Assembly: GCA_030141605.1 (NCBI GenBank) | Contig: JAQGDQ010000407.1 | Location: 144,620 to 208,619 of the forward strand | Length of the DNA stretch: 64,000 bases | Direction of reading: 5' to 3' | DNA from: Tubiluchus corallicola | Taxonomy: Eukaryota; Animalia; Priapulida | Made by a program: the position numbers and the translations under genes | In this document: positions 52,244 through 64,000 of the stretch, piece by piece | Layout: the number at the start of each line of letters is the position of its first letter | Position numbering within the stretch: the stretch's first letter is position 1 | The notes under the pieces: generated by a model | Seen by the model: only the letters and a program-made list of their open reading frames with translations | What the model was told of the DNA's origin: nothing | Databases searched by the model: none

Positions 52244-54415
52244 CAACAGAGTACATTTTACGCCCTTTACTAAAACAGGTAAGGGCCACTACGAATTACG
52301 CTTAGCTAACGATGCATAATTGAATTATCACACGTGAGTTTGCGCATGCGTTTGAAAGTCTGTTAAAAATTGCGCACAAGTAAATCAAACGTTAGAAAAT
52401 AATTATATTTTAGCTGTAATTAATTGCCATAATTATTTATGCATCGGGACTAACGTAGCGTATAATACACGTAAATTGTAAAAATGTGCAGTCAAAAAAC
52501 TCAGCCACCGTATGTAACCTACAGACCTGTTTAAAAATTTATAAATCGGCCATGCAAGCTGCACACCTATGACTGTAACGGTAACGGCTGCAACAACTGC
52601 ACTAGCATTCAAAAACGTCAAGAGCACAATAATAATTATTACATAAACTGTATGATCAATCAGAAAAACTTACTTCATACAAAACAGCTTCAGGCCTTCT
52701 TAAACGTAATTTCATACGTGAGACAAGTGTTTGTTCACATTCTTCAAACAAAGGATTTTCCCCCAAAGGCAGTGCATACATAGAGAAAGCGATGATGCAG
52801 AAACGTTACTAGATTAGTCGAAATACGAGATTCTGCTACCCACTTTAAAAGGCATGGAAACTAATAACAAGGTTCAAAATGGTCTAAAGACGATCTCAAA
52901 GTCTCCCCAAAAATTTGTCTAAGTTCCAAGTTTGCTCAGTTTTATATTTGATCAGAGTAACAAAAAAGTTTGGCAGTAGCTTAGAGAAGCCAAATTGAAC
53001 GCACGGTAGAAAATAACACTTTTTGGTGCGACATTTCCATCTGAGGACGGTTATTAAAAAGTGAACTGCTTGGCATATACCAGGAAGTGAAAGTTCTCTC
53101 AATAAATCAGTCAGCTAATCAATCATACAATCAGCCAATCAACTAATTTACATGCATTCGTTCAGTCAATCAATTAGTCGTCCAACCGATCTCTCAACGA
53201 AAATAATTTGTCCAGTAAAAACGACTGCCAAGAGCAAGCCAGCACCTGCTTCAGAAATATCATTATTCAAAAGTAATTATTTAATGTGCATTAATTAATT
53301 AGTTACGATTCTTGAAAAAAATATAATGTTTCTGTATTTTCATACGTGCAAACTTTATATATAGGGCATAGAAGCTACCTCACCATTATTTAAGCAGGGT
53401 TCCTGTAAAGCTAGTGTGACACCCGTAAAGGCGAGGCTAATCTGGGTTATAACTCATAAAAGCTATGGCTAAAATCTAAAACAGAAGTGCTAAACCGAGT
53501 TTGTGATCACTTCAAAGTCTGCTCTAGCATGACATAAAGGGACTAAATGGTCAGTAATTGGAAGTAAAATAATACACTTTTAAAAAGCGATGAACTTTTT
53601 TATTGACATTTCAATCATTTTAGTGTGATAAAACTGCCACAAATCAAAGCAAGACGAATCGTTTCATGGTCAAAACGACAACACTTAGCAAATTGCACGT
53701 AATAGCTGTTACAAACTGTGTTGTTAATAGCCGCTGGGGAAATCTTGTTTCCATTAAAATTCATTGTTTAGGACAAGTGCGTGAATTGTTATTTATGTCT
53801 GTATTTTTGCAAAGTTGACTTGAAAGAAGTACCTATGATCTCTAGAGGAGGGAATCACTAGAATTCTGACGTGGAATCTGCAGATTCATTTTAACAGAGA
53901 CAACCGCGAGTCTAATTGACAAGTTCTACTGGAACACACTCAATTTGTTTTCATGGACGATGTTTAACTGCAGCCACAATAATATCGAAAACCATTATGA
54001 AATCATTGTGATAAAATTATCAATGTGATTATTAATTAATATATGAACGTACAAATGGGCATTCAGCGTAAAAGTACTTATGTGCGTTAAGCTACGATGC
54101 ATAAATAGTAATGTGTGACCGAGTTCTTACGTACAGCAGAAACCCAAAACAGTCCCAGAATTATCCTCATTTTTGATCAGAGTGATTTGTGGGACAAAAC
54201 CTGCATTAGCTGAGTAATTGCCTCAGTCAAAACGCTTACTAATTCGGTAATTGCTAACTGTATTTCATCAAAGATAAATATGGACTCTAGGAAGACGATA
54301 GTTTGTCTCAATCTGCATAAAACCAACTGTACATCCACTTTTAAACAGTACAGCTAGAAGTGTGTGTGTCGCAGGGACTGTGGGTTCGTATACCGAAAAT
54401 GGCATGTTTTTACTT

Positions 54416-55556
54416 AGGCCTAGCGCAGACATGCAATTTTTAGTTACGCAACTACAAATTGCAAGAGCACGCAGACACGTGCAATTAAAAATTTCGCAAC
54501 TAAAAGTTGCAGTTTAGGCTCATACTTTTAGTTGCGCAACTGTTTTGTAATATACCGTTTTCAATGAGAGCGATCAGATTTGCAATTTTTATTGCACTTC
54601 TTTTAACACAATCATTAAGCGTAAGAAGCCAGTGTCTTATGAAGAGACATCATTAAACATATAGGAAAGAAAAACAAATTAATGAACATAAATCATTCTT
54701 ACTGTCGTTGCTAACATCTTTTAGGAGATTTGATGACAAATTTATAAACTGGACAACAGAATATGAAACGTGAACAGCAGTATGCCATCACGTCTCAGTA
54801 CAATGAACACTTTTCTGCTTCCCACTGCTAATTTAATTGTTATTAGAGCGGCCTTTAACAGTGGTGTAAAACACTTACAGTCATTCAAGTTCCCATGCTC
54901 CAAAAATACGAACTGTGAAGTGCATAAAACTTGCACGAGCTAAAAGATTTAACTTTTTCATATGAACAGATAGGGTTAAAGAAGATTTGGATTTGGATTT
55001 CGAGTGTTTTACTGCATATAGATATTTCCATTCATTCACTTTTTATGCAAACTTCGTTCTTAAGCTAATGTATGCAAGTATATTACAGGAATGTTCAATT
55101 TGCATAGATAATATTGTGAAACCAGCCAACTTAACTTGCATAGAACAAGAGAAGCCCAAAGATAAGAGTCGTTTATCTCAGGTAAAGTTTTTCTTGCACT
55201 TGATGTCGAGATAGGTAATGTACAGACCAAATATATGCAGCAGTTCATCAAAACTATTTGGACTCATCGAATAATGCCAAAGAATTTGCGCGGATTTGTC
55301 CCCGTAAATCATCCTATTGCTTAAAAAATTGCCCTTTTATTATATAATCGCTGGCTAGTTATTTGGTAAGCCCAATATTTCCGATGTCTATTTGTGTTTT
55401 TATGAATTAATAATGCATGCATACAAGCAAACTATTCAATCTCCATAACGCCAGTTGCGCAATTTCAAATTGCGCGAGAGTTTTTGGTACACACTGCATT
55501 TTCGGTTGCACATCATTTAATTGCTCAACTGCAAGTTGCATGTCTGCGCGGGGCCT
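54416..55556. mobile_element. PIF/Harbinger-like MITE
   Basis: Imperfect TIR aggcctagcgcagacatgcaa / ttgcatgtctgcgcggggcct; subterminal ttgcaa/gcaact repeats. Confidence 0.7.
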
Positions 55557-56553
55557 TTGTGTTTTTGCATAAACACATTGAAAATGTTCGCATATTCGTC
55601 GCTGTAACGTTCAATCGCGAATTACTCAAAAATGTTTTGCTAAGAAAGTTCGTGCCTTTTATAATTTTGTAATTTTTGACAAATATTATATGTAATTTTT
55701 GACAAATCGTAATATGGCAAATAAAGTATATTTTGTATTATCTATTTTGAATGTCTTGCCAAGAGAGCCATTAAGCCACCACTAAATACTGCACAACTTC
55801 TTTACGCTGTTTGTGCTTTACTGTGAAAAGGTGATTTTTTTTCTTGAAGTGTAAAATATCGAGCGTTGTTTAGCTTCGCCAAGTTCAATGCGAAACCTTT
55901 CTGCAGTTACTGGCTGTCATAAATTTCGTGTAACTTTGCAAATTTTTCTGCGTATTTTCTTCCGGTGTTTTAACTCAATCTTTCTGAAGTGGCGTTACTG
56001 GCGTGAACGAACGGTTTATTTGTTAAGTAAAGGAGTGATAAGAACTTTATAACAGCACTTTCCCTTACCTGGCTGATTAAAAACAACCTAGAACTTTTAT
56101 GAGCGAAGACTGAGAACTGTAAAGGCGAATGGAAAGCTATGCAGAAAGTGATCAGAATGATACGTTTAAACGCAGTATTCGTTTATTACGAGAGCAACCA
56201 ATACACTGTAATTATAATAATTATTAACAATTACTAATGTTTAATAATTACTGAACACGCCATACGGAATAAAATTACTAAAAACATCTTATGATTTATA
56301 CTATCTACCTTTTAGGCCTGTTGTACTACCTTCTAAAATGATAATGCAAAGAATTTTCAAACAGTTTCGATGTGATATACTCCCATGTTATTTAGTACAA
56401 TTTTAATGTACTGAATGGTAAAAAAACATGTACAAAGATCTTGAAAGAAAATGGTATATGCAATAATAATACAAATATTGTAAATAGATTTCTTGACTTT
56501 CTCTGGAATGTCGTCCTCGCGTGTTTTGCGAATCTTGTTATCAGAAGGAGTTA

Positions 56554-56981
56554 TGGCGCGTTCAGATTAACGAGTTTTCTCGGCAAACAACTCGGAAACT
56601 GGTTCACATTAGAGAGCAGTCTTACTGCGAGTTACTCTCTGACACTAAGCACGAGCTGACACTCACTGCTCTATTTACGAAGTGTCGAGGGTAACTCGCC
56701 GAGGTGTTCACACTAGACAGTAACTCGCCTAGGTGTTCACACTAGACAGTAACTCGCCGAGGTGTTCACACTAGACAGTAACTCGCCGAAGTGTTCACAC
56801 TTGACAGTAACTCGCCGAGGTGCTCACACTAGACAGTTATTCGCAGGAAATCAACTCCAAGCAACTGTTGGAGAGTTTGCAATAACTTGCCGACAGAAAC
56901 TCGCAAAACAGTTCACACTTGCGTGTTTGCAGTCAGAGAGAAAACTTTCTACAGAAAACTCGCTAGTCTGTCAACGCGCCG
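56554..56981. mobile_element. PIF/Harbinger-like MITE with an internal 29-bp tandem array
   Basis: TIR ggcgcgttcagattaacgagttttct / agaaaactcgctagtctgtcaacgcgcc; 5 x gtaactcgccgaggtgttcacactagaca at 56691-56835. Confidence 0.8.
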
Positions 56982-58111
56982 TTTGAAAAAGAGAATTTTG
57001 CGCTTTATTAATAAGGATTATTACGAAATAAACTCTTTACTTTCGTTTTTTTATAACTAGATCCAAGTAGATGTTACTTTTTTCCCAGACTATTTATTTT
57101 AGACACATCGAATACACAGGAAGTGACATAAATCATGTGTTTTTCGAAGCAGGCCATACAGACAAGCAGGCGTAAGACATGTACTGAAACTTTTGTTTAT
57201 TTTTATCTGTTTCGCTTTCTTTTCACTAATTTGTCCAATTTTCTAAACTTTTTGACGAAACTCAACGAAACTCTGCTCATTCGTAAAATGTGGCAAACAG
57301 AAAGCTGTCCAGTCACGACTGGTTTCTTTATAAGCACCGAGCAACACTTACATACTAAACTAACATTTTTTATACAGCAATGAACATTGTAGGTACCATT
57401 ATATGTACACCGAACCAAATACAGTGTAACACCGTCCTTCTTATCAGCAACATTGTACTGCTCTACATTCCCCTCCCGGAAGACATCGCTGAGCTGGACT
57501 CTAATAACGCAGTCAATGACGTAATTGGCGGTAAATTAAATTTATAGAATTTTATTTACATCTCATCATACCTACATGCAGTGAAAATATAAGAGATCAC
57601 CGTATAAAAAGTGGAAAGTGGACAGGGTACCTGTACAGCGAGCATAATAAAGACAACCACTTCGTAATAAGACAGCATTAATCTAACGATAGCACTGTTT
57701 ATACGGCAAAGTACGAAAGTCGTTTTATATTACTACTGTGTGAATAGTTTCGTTAACTTGTGTGAACATGGCTTTGGATATTATGGCAGTGTGCCACTGC
57801 AGTCATTTACACCCGAGTAAAAATGGTCTGAGGTCAAATTCAGGATTACGTGTTCTTTGAAAAGATAGAAAAAAAGCACAATTACACTCTGCTAACAAAT
57901 TTTACGCAAAATCCTTTACGGAGGCGAGTTTCTTACGCTTAATACAAATGCTCACAATAGAGCAAAATTGTTTTTTACTAATACAAAAAACAAGTTAACT
58001 AATAACGATTAGTTGTTGTTAAATCATTTTTAGTATATTTTATTTCAATGACGATGTATCAACTTTAAGAAAACGCATTTTATGTATTAAAAGCAAATGT
58101 GCAAAGCTTAC

Positions 58112-58192
58112 CTCTATAGTTTTAGCTGCATTACAACAGACTGAGGCAGCCAGCAGTAATAAGCTCAGCACATCATGCGTTCGTAGCAACAT
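58112..58192 (-). CDS. Probable first coding exon (signal peptide) of the neuropeptide precursor: MLLRTHDVLSLLLLAASVCCNA-AKTIE
   Basis: Signal-peptide-like hydrophobic core with a C-N-A cleavage site. Strong donor GAG|gtaagc in phase 0, matching the phase-0 acceptor at 22650. Promoter-like motifs lie just upstream. The link across ~35 kb is inferred. Confidence 0.65.
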
Positions 58193-58274
58193 CTCTAATC
58201 CGTTTACTAGTTTTGCTTGAGCTGTAAAGTCACCGGGTGTCTTTTCTGCTTCAGTCACTGGGCTGTAAGAGGTC

Positions 58275-58385
58275 ACTGTTTCTTACTCACTCGTGTCTGC
58301 TTTATTAACAACTGCATAATATCCGATATCGCTGATTCGCTACTACAAAGTTCCCGTGGGCAAGTCACGTGACCGATGACGTCTA
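58275..58385 (-). promoter_or_regulatory. Candidate promoter of the neuropeptide gene (CRE-like, E-box, COE-like, TATA-like)
   Basis: TGACGTCT 58377-58384; palindromic GTCACGTGAC 58364-58373; TCCCGTGGGC 58352-58361; TTAATAAA(-) 58308-58301, ~30 nt upstream of CAGT(-) at 58278-58275. Confidence 0.5.
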
Positions 58386-58774
58386 GTGTGGGTTGCAATT
58401 TGTTCGCTTTTTTAAATTAAGTACATTAGCAGATGATATTAACACCTGCAAAGAAATGACAAGAATAGCTCACAAGAAAGCAGAAAGTGGGAGAAACAGT
58501 GATCTAGCAAAACAAAACCCAAAAGCTTTAATGACATTAAATGTACAAAAGTTAATGTTCACGCGATATTCATGTACCAAATTGCATTAGCATGAACGGT
58601 CTTTCTAGCTGAAAAAAGTCGATAACGTAGACTGCACTACTCACAGCCTCTCTCAAGACTCTCTACCTTCATATCCCACGAGGAAGGCCTAATCCAAGAA
58701 TCTCAGATGCCACCACTGCCATGATGCACTGCTATGGAGCTATAAGCGCTCCAGTCACTCATCAATTTATACAC

Positions 58775-58814
<40 letters not shown>

Positions 58815-58818
<4 letters not shown>

Positions 58819-59163
58819 CTTTATTTGCCATTAAAATACATTGATAATCACTGATAAAAACTTTACAGAGATAATCAATCAGTGTTAGTTAATAAAAACT
58901 TACACTGCTGAAGCCAAATGCGTCAGTGCAATCTAAACTACTGCGCTGTAATGGAAAGCAAAGACGAATAAAATCAAACATATTTGCAACTATGCACAAA
59001 AAAATGAAAAAAACTATGATTTAATTAATATGGCCATGGATATATGAATTCTGAATTAGTGTGTATGTTGTCGTACTGGTGTGATGGTATTTCATATCTG
59101 GTTAATATTAGTGATTTTAATTTTGTTTTAAATACTGATAGGGACTTGATTTGTTTAACCTGT
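58815..59163 (-). mobile_element. CR1/L2-group LINE 3' end, inverted copy of 8880-9230
   Basis: QVKQIKSLSVFKTKLKSLILTRY on the minus strand; 3'UTR near-identical; (TA)n tail. Confidence 0.82.
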
Positions 59164-59412
59164 CCACTTGAGAAAAAATAAATAAAGAACGAGAGAGGAC
59201 ATTTCAATCGCAAACTTCAAGTGAAAAGAACACCAACGATCAGTAAAATACGAATTTTTGATCGAGATCATGATTATTTGTGTTTTTTCCGTACAAAGGT
59301 AGTCAACGTGCGGTGAATTTTCGCTGGCCTTTTTTTTATTGTATTTATTCTTGTCAATAAGAATTATCTCCGTGTTATCAATTCAACAACGAGCAAATAG
59401 AACTCAGAGCGG

Positions 59413-59498
<86 letters not shown>

Positions 59499-59519
59499 AG
59501 CAATTGACTTTACAGATAT

Positions 59520-59780
59520 GATCAATATCAATCAGTGTTACTTATTAAAAACTTACACTACTAAGGCAAATGCGTCACGAAATGAGTAAGAAAAGATGTC
59601 GAATAAAAAAGGTATTTATAACTATATGGAAATTAAAAATTATGATTTATTTAATTAAATATGGCCGTGGATATAGAAATTCTGAATTGGTGTGTATGTC
59701 GTTGTACTGGCGTGATGGTATTTCATATTTGATTAATATTAATTTTAATTTTAATTTTGTTTTAAATGCTGATAAGGACT
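59520..59780 (-). mobile_element. Third, more diverged copy of the same LINE 3' end, next to (TA)n(GA)n
   Basis: Homology to 58870-59145. Confidence 0.72.
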
Positions 59781-60647
59781 AATTTGCATAAAATGTAAAG
59801 GGGATACGATTGTAGTGACACAACCAACTAACATCAGTGCAGATGGTGATGGTAATACTTTACAGATGGGTCATTTGGTTGGACGACTTCCAAGCCAGAG
59901 GCTACTGCACTTTTACACAAGTACCTCTGATATTTAGCTGCTGTGAAGCAGTACTCGCTGGCAACCCAATTTTATCTATAAAAAATGAAACATCTTATTT
60001 TTCTTTTAGAAAATCGACTATCGCATTGTTTTATCATGAACTATCGCATTGAACCATGCATGACAATTTAAGGGTTTAATCTTCAAAACTGATGAGGGCT
60101 TCTTAGTAGAATTTGCACAATACTGCATCTTTTCTTGAAGCGATTTTCTTACTGATCTAAAACGAGTTTACGGAGTGTGCTGCACATAAAAAATGCACTA
60201 AAACTATTACGTGAATTGATATTGACCAATTAATTAACAAGTGCAAGCTTCCCTTTAGAACTGTGGGCCGGTGATTTCCCATAAACTACAGTGAAAAAGA
60301 AACTCTGCCAAGGGAAATAACTGATAACTCAGTGAATTCAGCAGTCAAAGAACAACTTTCTTGCTAGTATAGCAAAGTCGTTATAAGGCGAGCAAAACAG
60401 CTAAGACCAAAACGTAGCAATGCCGAATATAGTCAGTAACTGCATGGGTGACAGGCAGGTTAAGTTCTAATTCTGGGGCAGTTTTACTTGGCTAAGAAGC
60501 TTCTGTAGTTCAGTCTCTCAACTTAGAACAATATTCTAGACTCTAGAGCTACCAATATAATACAATTTATAAAGTTATGTTACATATTATAAGATAGCTA
60601 TAAAGCTACAAAATTACAAAATAGCTATAAAGCTACATAATATAGCT

Positions 60648-60742
60648 GATATATGATATGATATGACATGACATGGCATGACATGATATGATATATGACA
60701 TGAAATGGTATGATATGAAATAATGTGATATTATATGATATC
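60648..60742. repeat. (ATATG/ACATG)n pentanucleotide repeat
   Basis: Direct inspection. Confidence 0.8.
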
Positions 60743-61543
60743 AACTACATTATGTGACTTTATAGGTATTTTGTATAGCTATGTAGCATTACTAATATAT
60801 AAACCAATATTAAAGGCTTATAAGACATAAAGCTACTAATACAATATACCTTTATAATGTACAGCTAAATGTAATAGATGCATCAGTGTAAGCTTAGGTC
60901 CTTCCGTTGAGTACTGGCTAAAACGCATAACACGCACGCACGCACGCACGCCCGTTCATCTCATCTCTTAGTTATTACACGTTCTGAGTGTTGTTTCAAC
61001 TTAACTCTAGTGCTGGCAATTTAAAGAAGCCCTCGTCTGTCTTTAGGGAGCCGAGTATAATATTACTTTTGTCCGTTTGCTTAGCTTAATTAACTTCAAG
61101 CATCTTCCTAGTTGTCATGCATGATTTTCACGGAAGATATTTAAACTTTGTGCGTATCCAAAGTAGGAAGTTGTGAGCTTTTATTATAATAAATCCTTTA
61201 TAAGGGCATATTAGCCCTTAAGTCATAAAGAGAGATAATAAATTTCCACGAGTGTATAAAAAACTACTAATACAATACAGTATTATTAGGTCACTACAGT
61301 ATGAAGTCAACATCAACGTTACTCTAATTAACGCAGATGATGCAATCACAAGAATATTTCAAAAAAGCAGCAAGAGGTAACGCCTATAGCAAGTGATTTA
61401 CGCAATACAGACGTGTTCTTTGAGCTGCGAGCCTAAAAGCGGTCATACAAGCCCTTTATGAATGTCTTGGGAAGAGGTGGATACCTTTCTAAACAGCGGA
61501 AATAATCTACGTGCTCCTAGAGACGGCTAGAGGTTGAACCAGG

Positions 61544-62062
61544 ACTTACCTTACCTTAGCCTTAGTCCTTCCCGTGCACGGATGCACATTGGGCAGACAG
61601 CATTTTCCACTGGGTTCTATTGGCGGCTTCTCTTTCGATGTTCTCCCAACGTCTGTTCATAGCCTGAAGGTCTTCTTTGAAAGATCTGCGCCACGTTGTT
61701 TTTGGCCGACCTCTTTTCATTTTTCCACCAGGTGGTTCCCAGCGTAACGCTATTTTGGAGTGGCGTTGTTCTGGTAGGCGTAGAACATGTCCAGCCAATC
61801 TCAGCCTTCTCTCTGCGACTATTTCCTGCAACCGCCTTGACTGCGCCTGCTGTAGGACTTCCACATTGGTAACATGGTCGCGATAGGATATTTTTAGGAT
61901 TTTCCGAAGACATTTATGGTGGAAGACGTCCAGTTTCTTTGATATCGCCGCTGTGACTTTCCAGGTTTCGCAGGCATAAAGAGCCGTTGGCAGCACAATG
62001 GTGTTGTACAAATGAAGCTTGATTTTCTTGTCAATTTTCTTGTTTGTCCAGATTTTTCCCAT
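61544..62062 (-). mobile_element. 5'-truncated RTE-clade LINE (ORF2 C-terminus)
   Basis: KLHLYNTIVLPTALYACETW...KLDVFHHKCLRKILKI...RRLRLAGHVLR...KRGRPKTTW; short GG(C/T)AA-type pentamer tail. Confidence 0.9.
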
Positions 62063-62603
62063 CTTCCTATGACTATGACTATGTAACCCATTTTAAAACC
62101 GAAATTGAATTGAAACCATTAAATAAATTTCCTGAAAACACGTAGAGCGCACATGATTTTTAATAATAGTGATAATGATAATGATAATGATAATAGGAAT
62201 GATAGTAATAATAATAAAAGGTATACATGTTTTGCTGCGCTAGTGCAGCTGCGTTTGTAAAAATAGCTAATAGTTTTGACCTTTGACTGGCTGAAAAAAT
62301 CTGCTAGAAACAACGATGGTGTACGAGCAAAAGTTCTGCCTCTTTTACTCTATCCCTAAAAACATTGCAATTCACGAGAATGAGAAGTTCGGGACATGTA
62401 AACCGTAAGAAAATCCCGGAAAACAGACCAGATTCCCGTGGAGAGTGAATGAAGTTGGAGTAGCAGAAAAAACGTGGAATTTAAATGGATTATACCAAAA
62501 GTAAGCAATTCTTAATATCAGCGTTGAACTTCACAATACTACAATTTGCTAAACTTAACCAATCAGTTAGGATTCAGCAAAATTAAGACATTTTCAACAA
62601 CAC

Positions 62604-63168
62604 TTGAAGGAAAACCGGACCCAGTCTTAAATTATAGTTCAAAACAATCTACTATGTAAAATATTGAAAGGCAACATACTATTTTTCAAGAATGAAGTGG
62701 TGAAAGAATTATTACTATAAAATGGTAACACGTCTTCGCTAGTTACGTGCATATCGCCATTCGCTAATTAGATGGGCTTTGCAAGCGCTTTGTCCAAAGG
62801 CAGGTGCAATGCCTCTTAGTTTAGAGCTGTTCAATTATGACGTAGTGCAACGTTCGAGAGCTCATGCGTCAGTACAGTAGTACACTTAAAATTTGAATTT
62901 AAACTCGAATATCACTTGTATATCACACTGAATGTTGAACGGTAGTACTATACTTCAATTTTCGCTTTCGCAAACACTTGCAATACGCTCGTGGAACGAT
63001 TTTGCTGTTGAAAATTATGTTCAGTTGGGATCGCCTGCCGTTAATAAGAACTTTAATCTACATTTAACTACCGGAAAAGCTTCGGTATTATTATGGGTCT
63101 TAAAATGCACACTTTTCTGTGCTTCAGAATGCAGTAAGATATGAAAAATCATCCTGTTTTTCCTTTCA
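62604..63168 (-). mobile_element. Repeat family A, copy 5 (inverted, diverged); partial left end also at ~63811-63870
   Basis: ttgaaggaaaaccggacccagtcttaa...aaaatcatcctgtttttcctt. Confidence 0.7.
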
Positions 63169-64000
63169 GCTTTACTTCCTCAAGAATTTCTGTAAAACTT
63201 GCTTTGGAATTCACCCCTGGATAACTGAAAGATAGTACTATAGTCACTATATTCGCTTTCAATTATCTTGGTAAATAAATGTATCCACATAAGCTGCCAT
63301 TTTTCCTCTGTGCACTCATTTTTTAATAAATTCATCAAATATGCACAGGAGTGTCTAATAGACGGACCGAGAGCCAATGGTCTTGCTTGGTCATCTAGGC
63401 TGAACAGCTTAATCTTGATAAAGGACAACTACGAAGAGGATTTCGCGCGAATCGGCTGAATGAAGTTTTCAGGTGCAATTTTTACCGTGCACCAAAGTCA
63501 GCTGTGTTGATCAATGAAAAATCAGTTTCCCAGGCACCAAAGCCTCAGCGTGCCAGAATAAAAAAAAAACAGAAAAATTAGACCGATAACTTTTAATAAT
63601 TTTCAAATATCAAGTTTTTGAACTTTGCAGAACTAAGGTAGCTTATGCTATACCTTCGCAATGTATGTAACTGCACTATCAGGTGTTGGGTTTGTCTGGG
63701 GTTTTACATGTTTTCTAACAGGCTTTGTTTGAGAGGAAGTGCATAGCCTAGTTAGTGGCACGACGCTGTTATTGGCTACCGTAGTTAAGAATGATGTCGA
63801 GATTTATCAGTTAAGAAGGAAGACAGGATGATTTTTGTATCCTATCCAACTTTGAAGTACGATAACACTAACACTTATAATAATGTCAAAGTGCTGCATT
63901 GTGTTGTGTGTATCGTATTTCAGACTGTGGTTTTGTGTTGAAATACTGATTACCACTGTTTATTGTTGAAATCTCAGTATTTTCTAAAATACCTAACTAC

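Noticed and set aside
56691-56835. 29-bp direct repeats that superficially resemble a CRISPR array (likewise the 37-bp array at 38422)
   Set aside because: Head-to-tail units with no unique spacers, eukaryotic context, and located inside a MITE or next to a LINE remnant

Overview
AT-rich animal genomic DNA, most likely an invertebrate and probably a spiralian, although the taxon cannot be fixed from the sequence. Two protein-coding genes can be reconstructed by hand. (1) On the + strand, a 7-coding-exon gene (263-10275, 378 aa) encodes TM1 - NIT nitrate/nitrite-sensing domain - TM2 - 37-aa tail. It resembles animal NIT-guanylyl cyclases but stops before any cyclase domain. (2) On the - strand, a neuropeptide precursor carries 8 KR-flanked xFD(S/T/I)LGG(S/A)HLF peptides (orcokinin-B/FCAP/pedal-peptide superfamily). 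Its peptide exon is 21979-22650 and its probable signal-peptide exon is 58112-58192, which implies an intron of about 35 kb. That intron holds a strong heat-shock promoter (HSE cluster + TATA, ~49920-50045) with no recognisable protein downstream, an antisense X-box/TATA promoter candidate (~30730-30910), a 5S-rRNA-headed SINE with TSDs, and a 33-bp minisatellite. An internally deleted RTE retrotransposon in NIT intron 4 starts at the predicted cleavage site of a twister ribozyme. The rest is hAT, PIF-like and TTAA-ended MITEs, LINE remnants and microsatellites. All calls were made by eye; no searches were run.
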